Below, piece by piece: positions 9,166 to 18,390 of a stretch of 64,000 nt of DNA. Positions within the stretch are counted from its first letter, which is position 1. Every line of letters begins with the position of its first letter. The position numbers and the translations under genes are program-made. Origin of the DNA: an uncultured delta proteobacterium (GTDB taxonomy: Bacteria > Desulfobacterota > Desulfobacteria > Desulfobacterales > QNYZ01); contig CAWJQU010000005.1 in the NCBI GenBank assembly GCA_963845145.1, forward strand, positions 672,001 through 736,000, read 5' to 3'. Below the pieces are notes generated by a model, which ran no database searches, was not told the DNA's origin, and saw only the letters and a program-made list of their open reading frames with translations.

Positions 9166-10064
9166 AGCTTGTCAAAAATGTTCCTGCATCTGTCAGGCAG
9201 CGGCTTCTTGATCGTGCCAGGACAGGTCACCGCCCATTCAACGAGTTGCTCCAGTACTATGCAATTGAACGATTTCTTTACAGGTTTTCCCTATCTGCCC
9301 ATTTAAAACGGTTCGTTCTCAAGGGAGCATTGATGTTGAGGGTTTGGGATTCGCCGGAAATCCGTCCAACCTTAGACATTGATATGCTTGGAATGGCAAG
9401 CAACAAAGAATCAGAAATCATCAAACAGGTTCGTGATATTCTCGCTGTTGAAGTGGAACCGGACGGATTGTTTTTTGATACTGATTCCATCAAAAGTGAG
9501 AGAATTACCGAAGACGCAAATTATGATGGGATAAGAATCCGGTTCCACGGAAGTTTGGAAAAAGCGATAATCCATATGCAGATTGACATAGGGTTCGGGG
9601 ATGCGGTTCACCCTGGACCTGAAATGCACGAACTCCCGACTCTGCTTGATTTTCCTGCACCTCGACTGAGCTGCTATAGCCGGGAAAGTTCAATAGCAGA
9701 AAAGCTTGAAGCAATGGTTAAACTCGGAGTTTTAAATAGCCGGATGAAAGACTTTTACGACATCTGGCTGTTGGCCAGATTATTTGATTTTGACGGTGCC
9801 ATTCTTACCGAAGCGATTCGCCAAACTTTTGAACATCGAGGGACACAAATCCCCTCGAAAATAGAAGCGTTTTCTGATTCGTTCATTGATTCCAAACAAG
9901 GTCAATGGGCCGCCTTCTGGAAAAGACTCAATCAGGAGCATGTCCCCAAAATATTTCAAGATATTGTGATAGTTGTAAAAGGATTCTTATTTCCTGTTAT
10001 TTCATCTTACTCCTCTAAAAAATCAAACCCTGGAAAATGGAAGGCACCTGGACCATGGAAATGA
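9162..10064 (+). CDS. abiEii: Type IV TA toxin, AbiEii/AbiGii nucleotidyltransferase
   Basis: SVRQRL, FVLKGAL, RPTLDID, IDIGFGD, AEKLEA, NSRMKDFYD. Confidence 0.92.
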   Translation: MKLVKNVPASVRQRLLDRARTGHRPFNELLQYYAIERFLYRFSLSAHLKRFVLKGALMLRVWDSPEIRPTLDIDMLGMASNKESEIIKQVRDILAVEVEPDGLFFDTDSIKSERITEDANYDGIRIRFHGSLEKAIIHMQIDIGFGDAVHPGPEMHELPTLLDFPAPRLSCYSRESSIAEKLEAMVKLGVLNSRMKDFYDIWLLARLFDFDGAILTEAIRQTFEHRGTQIPSKIEAFSDSFIDSKQGQWAAFWKRLNQEHVPKIFQDIVIVVKGFLFPVISSYSSKKSNPGKWKAPGPWK

Positions 10065-10073
10065 TAATGAATA

Positions 10074-10161
10074 TCCCAACCACAGAATGCTACGGATAGA
10101 CCGCATCTGAAGATTTGTCGAATTAACACTTCAGATCGAACCGGTAATATTTCTATCATAG
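10074..10161 (+). other. Degenerate attC-like hairpin
   Basis: TCCCAAC just after the abiEii stop; ATCTGAAG..CTTCAGAT inner stem; CCGGTAAT motif. Confidence 0.4.
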
Positions 10162-10353
10162 ACTTTCAATATCTAATTGGTACCTCAGAAAGGGTTTTGC
10201 ACCTTACAGAGAATCACCAGCTGGCACTACATACGACTGAAGAAATGCTTAGTTTTTTCAAACGAGCCAATTTACCTGTACAACAAGATCCAAAAGGAAT
10301 ATTTGGCCGTGGACTATACACAGGTGCTTAATATTATCCGCATAATATATATC

Positions 10354-10393
10354 TTGACAATCTAACGGTTAGGTATATATTATATAATATATA
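10354..10393 (+). promoter_or_regulatory. Sigma70-like promoter with overlapping palindromic operator of vapBC
   Basis: TTGACA at 10354; TATATT/TATTAT -10; perfect 20-bp palindrome TATATATTATATAATATATA at 10374-10393. Confidence 0.65.
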
Positions 10394-10416
10394 TTATATT
10401 TTTAGTGAGGTTACTC

Positions 10417-10665
10417 ATGGATACAGCAAAAATTTTTATCAATGGACGAAGCCAAGCTGTTCGCCTTCCAAAATCTTATCGCTTTGAAGGAAAAGAAGTC
10501 TACGTCAAAAAAGTACCTGAAGGTGTCCTTCTCTTACCAAAAGACAACAGTATTTGGGACGTTTGGGAAAAAAACTTAAAAAAATATGACACACCATTCA
10601 TGACTCGACGTAATCAACCCAAAAATCAGCAAAAAAGAACAAGCCTCGATGAAATTTTTGATTGA
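10417..10665 (+). CDS. vapB: VapB antitoxin (AbrB/MazE fold)
   Basis: TAKIFINGRSQAVRLPKSYRF. Confidence 0.92.
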   Translation: MDTAKIFINGRSQAVRLPKSYRFEGKEVYVKKVPEGVLLLPKDNSIWDVWEKNLKKYDTPFMTRRNQPKNQQKRTSLDEIFD

Positions 10666-11074
10666 TACAAATATTTGCATTTACATCATGAACAATCATC
10701 CACGAGAGGTTGTTCAGAAATTTAGACATGTAGGTGTTGGGAATATTGGTATATCATCTATAACAGTGTCAGAGCTTCAATATGGTGTCCATAAAAGCAA
10801 ACATATCAAGGAAAACACAAGAAGGCTTCAAGAGTTCCTCAGTCCATTTGAAATTCTTTATTATGGAGAGAATGAATCAAAATATTATGGAAAAATCCGG
10901 AACCAACTTGAGAAACAAGGCAATATTATAGGCCCACTCGACTTATTAATAGCGGCTCATGCATTGAGTAATAAATTAACATTAATCACAAATAACGAAA
11001 TAGAATTCAACCGAATAAAATCATTGAAAGTCCAAAACTGGGTCAGTAAAAAAAACACAGGACCAGCCGCTTAA
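10649..11074 (+). CDS. vapC: VapC PIN-domain toxin
   Basis: LIDTNICIY, SITVSEL, GPLDLLIAAHA, LITNNEIEF. Confidence 0.94.
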   Translation: MKFLIDTNICIYIMNNHPREVVQKFRHVGVGNIGISSITVSELQYGVHKSKHIKENTRRLQEFLSPFEILYYGENESKYYGKIRNQLEKQGNIIGPLDLLIAAHALSNKLTLITNNEIEFNRIKSLKVQNWVSKKNTGPAA

Positions 11075-11185
11075 TTCTGACCGCAACACCTTCCGGCAAT
11101 TTTCAAACGTATTGCCGTCCCAAAATGCAGAAGCAACTTGATCATCCTGTTATAAATGTTGCGGCAGGTTAGCGCCATGTTTACG
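11057..11185 (+). other. attC-like site (long)
   Basis: CTGACCGCAACA / TGTTGCGG-CAG arms with one bulged base, flanked by GCTTAA / TTAGC, ending CATGTT. Confidence 0.55.
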
Positions 11186-11194
11186 ACAAAGAAA

Positions 11195-11650
11195 ATGATT
11201 GATCTAACCCAAAAATCTGCAAAACGATTCCGCATAAATTGGAAAGATCTCGAAGAGCGTTCGGGAGACTTCTGGAAGGTAGACACGTTGATGGTCGGAC
11301 GTGTCCCGATGTTGTTCATCGTTCACGAATATACTTTGTTTACTTTGGTTAGAAAAAAATCTCAATTCCGTGATCCCTTGGCTATTGCAAATGACATTAT
11401 CCACTCTTGCCCATGGTATCGCAGCCCGGGGACTATTTCTCTTGGGAAAAATGGAAATCGAAAAATCACGGGTAGCATAAATGAGATGAAACGGATGACA
11501 ATCGGCTTGTATTCATCAGAGCAAATCAACGCTATGGAAATGGCAATCAATCAGGGTTTATTTTCGTACCTGTCCGAAGATCAGAATGATTATTTGAATC
11601 CATTTGATGCGGTTGATAGCTACATTAAAGGGCATACTCCCTGGCTATAA
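11195..11650 (+). CDS. Hypothetical protein (possibly DUF6933-like)
   Basis: MIDLTQK start, W..D..FIVHEYTLFTL pattern; stop TAA lies inside CTATAAC. Confidence 0.6.
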   Translation: MIDLTQKSAKRFRINWKDLEERSGDFWKVDTLMVGRVPMLFIVHEYTLFTLVRKKSQFRDPLAIANDIIHSCPWYRSPGTISLGKNGNRKITGSINEMKRMTIGLYSSEQINAMEMAINQGLFSYLSEDQNDYLNPFDAVDSYIKGHTPWL

Positions 11651-11710
11651 CCAACTTTTCAAACGGGATATACTCGCTGGTTTCTATGTCCGGTGATGTA
11701 CACGATATAT
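11645..11710 (+). other. Degenerate attC-like site
   Basis: CTATAAC overlapping the stop codon; CCGGTGAT motif; end GATATAT is one change from GTTATAT. Confidence 0.45.
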
Positions 11711-11788
11711 GGCTTGGAAAAACATCATGCGATAGCAAAATTGCATGAACAGAAAAATTCCAAAAATTTTATTTTTCACTATTAAAAT

Positions 11789-11952
11789 TTATAAAAACGT
11801 AAAAAGTCATCAAAAGGGATGGCAAAGTAATCCGCCAAGGCGGACAAGTTCAAGGCGTCGCGAATCCCGTGTGATGAGGCGTACTTATCGTACGCCGCAA
11901 CCACGACGGGATGAAGCGCAACGCAGTAATTGGGCTTTTTACGAAGCCATCA
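11789..11952 (+). mobile_element. MITE, about 164 bp (copy 1)
   Basis: Imperfect TIRs TGATG-N4-CGTAAAAAG / CTTTTTACG-N4-CATCA (left end eroded to TTATA); 4-bp TSD AAAT; near-identical to 12896-13060. Confidence 0.8.
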
Positions 11953-11982
11953 AAATTGGTAACCAGGCAAAAGGCTTTGATT

Positions 11983-12786
11983 ATGGCAATTGAAAAACAG
12001 ATAATTGAAACGGCTATCGAAAACGGGGCTACTGTTGCGGGTATTGCAAGCACACAAGCCCTAAAATTGTCCTCCTCGCACCTGATATATACGAAAATGG
12101 GTAATTATGACGGAGTCGGCACCGTTAAAGATGATGATACCCTTTCGAAAAAACATTTATTCAAATGGCCGGATGCAGCAAGATCTGTACTCGTTATCGG
12201 CCTTTCACACCCTGAAGGTCAGCCGGAGCTTGACTGGTGGGACGGCAGGGGAACCCCCGGGAATCGACAGTTGATTGAAATTATTAAGCTGACCCAACAG
12301 CAGATTGAAAACAACCTGAAAGTGAATACCCGAAAACTTCATTATTATGTTGAAAAGGGCGGTATTTTTCTCAAGGATGCGGCGGTACTGGCCGGATTGG
12401 GTTGTATCGGGAAAAACAATATGCTGGTGACTAAGTCATACGGCCCGAGAATCCGATTGAGAGCGTTGTTTCTCGATGCCGATTTAGAACCAACGGGTCC
12501 TGTTGGCTTTGACCCCTGCGCAGGCTGCAAAGAATATTGTAGAAGGGTTTGTCCTGAAAATGCCATGAATAAGAGAGTGCCATTATTTGAATCAATCAAT
12601 AATTCTTTAGATCTGCCCGCTAGAGATGGCGCTTATAATAGAGAAATATGCAATATACGAATGGAAAAGGATGTTTCCGAAAGCGGCAAACGAAGTGCCG
12701 GTGAACAATCTCCCATAAAATACTGTAGAAAGTGCGAGTTTGTTTGCCCGACAGGGAAAAAGAGAGGGATGAAAAAAACCATATAA
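11983..12786 (+). CDS. Epoxyqueuosine reductase (QueG)-like / 4Fe-4S double-cluster protein
   Basis: LKDAAVLAGLGCIGKNNML, GPRIRL, CAGCKEYCRRVCP, CRKCEFVCP; the longer ORF start lies inside the MITE, so ATG 11983 was chosen. Confidence 0.82.
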   Translation: MAIEKQIIETAIENGATVAGIASTQALKLSSSHLIYTKMGNYDGVGTVKDDDTLSKKHLFKWPDAARSVLVIGLSHPEGQPELDWWDGRGTPGNRQLIEIIKLTQQQIENNLKVNTRKLHYYVEKGGIFLKDAAVLAGLGCIGKNNMLVTKSYGPRIRLRALFLDADLEPTGPVGFDPCAGCKEYCRRVCPENAMNKRVPLFESINNSLDLPARDGAYNREICNIRMEKDVSESGKRSAGEQSPIKYCRKCEFVCPTGKKRGMKKTI

Positions 12787-12859
12787 CCTCGATATGATCT
12801 TCAGTTGCCATGACCGATTGGATTTGCCAAAAAGCGTGATATTTAGCCTAAAAACAGTA

Positions 12860-13185
12860 TCACACTGACAAATAGCTAGAGCGCATAGATACCGATGATG
12901 AAAACGTAAGAAGTCATCAAAAGGGATGGCAAAGTAATCCGCCTAAGGCGGACAAGTTCAAGGCGTCGCGAATCCCGTGTGATGAGGCGTACTTATCGTA
13001 CGCCGCAATCACGACGGGATGAAGCGCAACGCAGTAATTGGGCTTTTTACGAAGCCATCACCGATAAGTTGTCCGAAAGACTGGAGACCCAGGGGTTTTC
13101 AATAAAATCATGTTCGGAGATTGTCGATATGATTCCCATCAAAGTATTGCAACCATCATCGGAGATGGCTTTGATGGCGGGTAAT
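12860..13185 (+). pseudogene. Decayed duplicate of the CheD-HDOD 3' end, interrupted by a MITE
   Basis: Removing the MITE gives ERIDTDKLSERLETQGFSIKSCSEIVDMIPIKVLQPSSEMALM versus ERINTDALSERLETIGFSIKLFSEIVDMIPIKVLQSSPEMALM at 3783-3914. Confidence 0.85.
12896..13060 (+). mobile_element. MITE, about 165 bp (copy 2)
   Basis: TGATGAAAACGTAAGAAG ... CTTTTTACGAAGCCATCA; 4-bp TSD CCGA (12892-12895 / 13061-13064). Confidence 0.85.
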
Positions 13186-13239
13186 GTCTGGTGATATTAC
13201 ACCTGGAGAGGAACGCGAAGGTGATTTAGGTGAGCTCTT

Positions 13240-13360
13240 AAAGTCTCTTATCGGTTACTTTTTCAATAAATTCCATCAAAAAAGACAAAAAGTCCCTGAG
13301 CGAGAACTTTTCATTGCATTTTGGCTGCACAGTTGCTAAAAGTGTCCGATCGGAAACTTT
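13240..13360. promoter_or_regulatory. Three palindromic operator boxes upstream of hipBA-1
   Basis: AAAGT-N12-ACTTT boxes at 13240, 13289 and 13339, about 50 bp apart. Confidence 0.7.
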
Positions 13361-13363
13361 TAT

Positions 13364-13606
13364 ATGGATGATAAATTGAAATCTTCAACAAAAATTAACA
13401 ACCCTAAAGAATTCGGGCGGCATCTTCTTAAAGAGCGTAAAAGCCTAAAGCTAACGCAAAAAGAGATCTCTGAGTTTACTGATGTTGGTAGAAAATTTAT
13501 TATAGAGCTTGAAAAAGGCAAAGCAACCGCTCAACTTGGAAAAGTTTTTGAATTGTTGAACAGCCTTGGTCTTGAACTCCATCTCATTAAACGTGGAGAT
13601 CGCTGA
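13364..13606 (+). CDS. hipB: HipB-like XRE antitoxin (y4mF family)
   Basis: ERKSLKLTQKEISEFTDVGRKFIIELEKGKATAQLGKV. Confidence 0.88.
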   Translation: MDDKLKSSTKINNPKEFGRHLLKERKSLKLTQKEISEFTDVGRKFIIELEKGKATAQLGKVFELLNSLGLELHLIKRGDR

Positions 13607-13608
13607 TT

Positions 13609-14856
13609 TTGGAAACCTTGAATGTTTTTTTTGGGCAAATCAGCGTCGGTTCTCTAAGTATTGATGACAGGAGATTATTTTCATTTCAATATTCTACGAA
13701 ATGGTTGACTTCACCTGATGCTTTTCAAATATCTATTTCTTTGCCAATACAAGAAAATATTTTTTCACATGATAAAGTAAAATCATTTTTTTCCAACCTG
13801 TTACCTGAATCTACCGTTAGAGAATTAATCGCGAAACGACTCGGGATTTCAGATAAAAATGATTTTATGCTTCTCAAACGTATTGGAGGAGAGTGTGCAG
13901 GGGCAATATCAATTCTACCTGAGTCAGAAATACCTGAGACTCCTGATCAATACACGTATCGTTCTTTATCAGACAAACAATTAGTAGATCTAATAAAGCA
14001 TATCCCCAGGCGTCCCTTACTTGCAGGCCAAGAAGGAATCCGAATATCGCTGGCAGGGGCACAAGAAAAACTGGCACTTTTCTACAAAGAGCCTACTTTT
14101 TATATCCCTACAAATGGTGCTCCAAGCAACTTTATTTTAAAACCAGGCATGGCTCATTTCCACTCTTCCATTGAAAATGAATATTTTTGTATGATGCTTG
14201 CCAAGGCTGTTGGTTTGAATGTTCCGCCTGTTATAATTACCAAAAAAGCGACCCAAAAGGTTCTATTGATCAAAAGGTATGACAGAATTTTGGATAATGA
14301 TGTTCTCATACGTCTTCATCAGGAAGATTTTTGTCAGGCTATGGGGCTTTCCCATGAACTGAAGTACCAGGCTGATGGTGGCCCTGGGCTGAAAGCATGC
14401 TTTGATCTCATCCGGGCATATTCTGCAAATCCGATTAAAGATTTTCAACAGTTGATGCAATGGGTGTTTTTTAATTACTTAATCGGGAATATGGATGGGC
14501 ATGCAAAAAATTTGTCTTTTATATATCAAGCAAAGCGGATCCGATTAGCACCTTTTTATGACATGATGTGTACAGATATATATGAAGACCTGTCACAAAA
14601 GCTTGCTATGCAAATAGGAGGAGAAAACAGACCCGAGTGGATTATGGAAAGACACTGGAAAAGATTTGCAGAAGACTTGAAAATAAACAATGCGGTTCTC
14701 CGGGAACGATTATCGGATTTTTGTCTTAAAGTAACCAATAAAATTGACAGTACCTATACCGACTTCATCAACAGATATCAACGAAACAGCCTATTAGAGG
14801 GTATCATATCTGCTATAAAAAAAAGATCGGATAGAACGCTTAAACGATTTGATTAA
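13609..14856 (+). CDS. hipA: HipA family kinase toxin
   Basis: FFSNLLPE, RISLAGAQEK, NEYFCM, RYDR, HQEDFCQ, GNMDGHAKN, LAPFYD. Confidence 0.93.
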   Translation: METLNVFFGQISVGSLSIDDRRLFSFQYSTKWLTSPDAFQISISLPIQENIFSHDKVKSFFSNLLPESTVRELIAKRLGISDKNDFMLLKRIGGECAGAISILPESEIPETPDQYTYRSLSDKQLVDLIKHIPRRPLLAGQEGIRISLAGAQEKLALFYKEPTFYIPTNGAPSNFILKPGMAHFHSSIENEYFCMMLAKAVGLNVPPVIITKKATQKVLLIKRYDRILDNDVLIRLHQEDFCQAMGLSHELKYQADGGPGLKACFDLIRAYSANPIKDFQQLMQWVFFNYLIGNMDGHAKNLSFIYQAKRIRLAPFYDMMCTDIYEDLSQKLAMQIGGENRPEWIMERHWKRFAEDLKINNAVLRERLSDFCLKVTNKIDSTYTDFINRYQRNSLLEGIISAIKKRSDRTLKRFD

Positions 14857-14858
14857 AT

Positions 14859-14908
14859 TTATAACAAAAAAAATGAACCGGATGTGACCGGTTATTTTCA
14901 TATTATCT
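14859..14908 (+). other. Short attC-like site
   Basis: TTATAAC just after the hipA stop; AAAAT-G-AACCGG / CCGGTTATTTT stem with extrahelical G; ATTAT end. Confidence 0.6.
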
Positions 14909-14992
14909 TCGCCCATGTCAAAGGGCCTTACCTCGAAAAAATTTGGGCGATCGTTGGAGGCCTGGATAACACCATTCAAAGTATCGTTCTAA

Positions 14993-15112
14993 GCTGGGTA
15001 ATACCAACATTATAAATGTTTTTATCTTTTATGTTGGTTAATACCAACCTTACAGCATCATATTCTTCTTGTTTTTTTTAACATGTTTTGATATCAGTTG
15101 GTAAATACCAAC
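14993..15112. promoter_or_regulatory. Three palindromic operator boxes upstream of hipBA-2
   Basis: GTTGGT(T/A)AATACCAAC at 15033 and 15097; variant GCTGGGTAATACCAAC at 14993. Confidence 0.7.
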
Positions 15113-15136
15113 ATAAAACAAGGTAATTCGAGAATA

Positions 15137-15492
15137 ATGATAGAAAAAACCAGCACAGATTGGGTTGCAATGTCAGATAAAGCGATCATAGGCGCCATCG
15201 GTGCCTATATTAGACATCAGCGGCTGGAACAGAACAAAACACAGGCGCAAGTCGCCAGAAGAGGCTGGAATAAACCGCTGGACACTTGAGTCAGATAGAA
15301 AATGGCGAGTCTATAACGCTTGCGACCCTCATCCAGATATTGAGGGTTCTTGACCTGATTCATTTGTTGAGCATATTCACCATCGAGGAAACAATCAGCC
15401 CGATAGAGTATGCCAGATTAAAAGAAAAGAAAAAAAAGAGAGCAAGGCCTAAAACTAAAACAAATGATTCAAATGGAGATTTGGGGTGGTAG
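15137..15492 (+). pseudogene. XRE HTH antitoxin, split by two +1 indels
   Basis: Removing one base twice restores RLEQNKTQAQVAEEAGINRWTLSQIENGE. Confidence 0.78.
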
Positions 15493-16794
15493 ATTATGCA
15501 TATGTACATATCTGGGGTACGTTTGCAGGTGTTGTCAGGTGGGATGCTGCACGGCAATTAGCAAGTTTCCAGTTTGATAAAAGCTTCCTGGATGAAAAAC
15601 TGGGATATTTCCCCGATAAAAATGCCTGTCAGCAATGGTAGCCGGATATACAACTTTCCGGATCTGCTGCCGTCAAAAGATATGACAGGAGATGCATTTA
15701 AAGGGTTACCCGGTTTACTTGCAGATTCTCTGCCTGATAAATATGGCAATCAGCTGATTGAAACATGGCTGGCCCAAAATGGCCGTCCTCCCAACAGCAT
15801 GAATCCGGTTGAAAAACTATGTTTTATCGGCAGCAGGGGGATGGGTGCCCTGGAGTTTGAACCTGCCCAGTTGAAAGCAGGCAAAAACACATTTTCTATT
15901 GAAATAGCAAGTCTTGTTGATATTGCTAAAAAAATACTCTCGGAAAGAAAGAATTTTGAAATAAATGTCAGTGCCGATGATGAGCAGGCCATGAAAGAAC
16001 TCTTAAAAATCGGAACTTCTGCAGGCGGGGCAAGACCCAAGGCTGTCATCGCGTTCAATAAAAAAACAAAAGAAGTCAGATCCGGTCAGACTAGAGCGCC
16101 CAAGGGATTTGAACATTGGCTTATAAAGCTTGACGGTGTAAGCGGCGCGCAGTTCGGAGACAGTCATGGTTGGGGACGTGTTGAATACGCATATTATCTA
16201 ATGGCAAAGGAATGTGATATTGAAATGACAGAATGCGAATTGTTAGAAGAAGACGACCGAGCCCACTTTATGACGAAACGATTCGATCGGCAGGGAAATA
16301 ATATCAGGCACCATATCCAGACGCTTTGTGCAATCCAGCATTTTGACTATAATAATATTTATGGATACAGTTATGAGCAGGTATTTCAAACCATGCGCCT
16401 ATTGCGCCTGAAATATCCGGAAGCAGAACAAATGTTCCGCAGAATGGTATTTAATGTTCTGGCAACCAATTGTGATGATCACACTAAAAATTTTTCATTT
16501 CAGTTGAAACAGGATGGCGAATGGAGACTTTCACCGGCATACGATGTCTGTTATTCGTATGATCCTAAAAATGTGTGGGTAAACCAGCAAACGTTAAGCA
16601 TAAATGGAAAACACAGAAATATAAGTAAAGAAGATTTAATGACGATTGCCAAAGCAAACAACATAAAAAAAGGCGAAAAAATAATTGAGGAAATCAACAC
16701 AGTGGTAAAGAGCTGGAAAGATTTTGCAAACCGGGCAAAAGTAAGAAAAGAATTACTGCAGACCATTCAAGACAATCTGCATACTTTGAAATAA
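15486..16794 (+). pseudogene. hipA: HipA family toxin (second type), +1 frameshift near 15595
   Basis: N-terminal VDYAYVHIWG..VRWD..FQFD from GTG 15486 in another frame; DSLPDKYGN, GTSAGGARPKA, KRFDR, NCDDHTKNFSF, LSPAYD. Confidence 0.85.
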
Positions 16795-16854
16795 AACAGG
16801 GGTACGCTCTGAAAAAAATATAATCCCTGAATGATCGCTTGGTTTGATCCCAAT

Positions 16855-17508
16855 TCACAATAAATTATGGCGTCTCTTCATCTTAATGGCATTTTCCGGG
16901 CACATCGGAACACAAACCCCGCACCCATAGCAGCACTCCGGATCAAAGACAAGACCACTGTCTGTCAAATCCCTGGCCTTAAACGGGCAATTTTCTGTAC
17001 AAAGGCCACAGTCTATGCACAGGGTTTCATTGGTGCTTGCAATGAATTCTGAATGCACCACTAACTCGGTCCGTTTGTATTTAATCAGCAACTGCAAATC
17101 ATGACAGCAGCAAGAGCAGCAGTTGCATAACGCAAACACTTCCTGACCCGGTTGATATAAGCTCAAATGAACAAGGCCGGCTTCGCCGGCATGCTTCAGA
17201 ACCTGGATGGCTTCTTTTTCATCAACTTTTCGGGCCTCATTTTTTTCAATTGCTTTATCGGCAACGTCGTTTAACAGGAAACAAACTTCTTTAGGTTTAT
17301 CACATTGATAATGAGTCCGGCACGAACATGCCGTTAAAGCAAATGAGTTTGCCTGGGTGAGTATGGAGATGGCCTGTTGTGTCGGCATTACCCATTGCCT
17401 GGCGTCAAGGGATTTTTTAACGGGTATCACCTTGGACGTATACGCCACTTTATCTTCACACAGCCATCTATCGTATCGGTTGGCATATTTTGTCAGGTAT
17501 GAATCCAT
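16855..17508 (-). CDS. 4Fe-4S binding protein
   Basis: CSCR, CNCCSCCCH and two ferredoxin motifs CIDCGLCTENCP, CYGCGVCVPMCP. Confidence 0.85.
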   Translation of the reverse strand: MDSYLTKYANRYDRWLCEDKVAYTSKVIPVKKSLDARQWVMPTQQAISILTQANSFALTACSCRTHYQCDKPKEVCFLLNDVADKAIEKNEARKVDEKEAIQVLKHAGEAGLVHLSLYQPGQEVFALCNCCSCCCHDLQLLIKYKRTELVVHSEFIASTNETLCIDCGLCTENCPFKARDLTDSGLVFDPECCYGCGVCVPMCPENAIKMKRRHNLL

Positions 17509-17582
17509 TTACTACCCCTTGTTTGAAAAATAGATATTTCTTGCTTGCGTAATCTTATCCACATAAAATCAACCCCATAAAA

Positions 17583-18386
17583 TCACCCGTGGGTTTTAGC
17601 CAATTTATTAAACATATTGGCAAGGCCGGTGGACAGGGTATAAATGTTTTCTATGGGCAGGTTTTTATCGGCCGTACTGTCAAAAAACAGATTCAGGTCC
17701 GATTCCAGGCCGTCTTCGGGATGATTGTAGCAAATCAACATGGGCAGCAGCGGCAGTGGATTGATGATCAGGGAAATATCTGCATCATAATGATTTTGAA
17801 CAGGCTTGCCGTTAAACAACTCAATGATGTCTTTGAAAAAAGAGGGATTTGTATCTGCCACCTGTTTAAAAAGCTTACACATTGATGCTCAAAAAACCGG
17901 GCCCAGTCTTTGGATGTTTCAAGTTCCCTGAAAGGCACCCATGATCCGGTCAACGGTATCCCTTTGCTGCTCAATACATAATTTAACACCGGCGGGAGCA
18001 ATCCAGGGATTGACATGAATATCGGTTGAGATCTCACCATTTTCATCAATGCCAAAGTCTTTGCCAAAAATTTTTAAAGTGAACCTGCCATTTGAGAATT
18101 TCCCACCAAGCTTTTCAGCTCTGGACTCAAGATCGATCTGATTTATCCGGTCTTTTAACTGACCCATCACCTTGATATAGTCCTGCTCAGATGCGGATTC
18201 ATATTCTAATTTTTGCGAACCGTATTTTTTAAGAGTGTCTTCATCAATAAACGGGCATTCGCTTAAAGGGATCTGGCCTTGAAATACAGCTGCTGCAAAC
18301 GCCAGGCAGGTTGGTTTATTGCATTTTCGGCAATTGGTTTTTTCCAATAATTTAAAGACATCCATGGTGTTTTTAAATTCAGCCAT
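17583..18386 (-). pseudogene. FeS (CxxCxxxxC)-DUF3786 protein split over three frames
   Basis: LEKTNCRKCNKPTCLAFA, then DUF3786-like PLPLLPMLICY..EDGLES..LFFD; two indels near 17995 and 17878. Confidence 0.75.
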
Positions 18387-18390
18387 TGGA

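Noticed and set aside
11983..12786. Reductive dehalogenase
   Set aside because: Too short, no Tat signal and no rdhB anchor gene; QueG-like is the more cautious call.
11789..13060. Composite transposon of two MITEs carrying the QueG-like gene
   Set aside because: Each MITE has its own 4-bp TSD (AAAT, CCGA), so they inserted independently.
11745..13194. ORFs 11745-11993, 11850-12053 and 12979-13194 sharing RRTYRTPQ-type peptides
   Set aside because: They are translations of the MITE (either strand) and of the HDOD remnant, not real genes.
13240..15112. Regularly spaced repeats as mini-CRISPR arrays
   Set aside because: Only three short degenerate palindromes each, directly upstream of HTH antitoxins, with no cas genes; better explained as operators.
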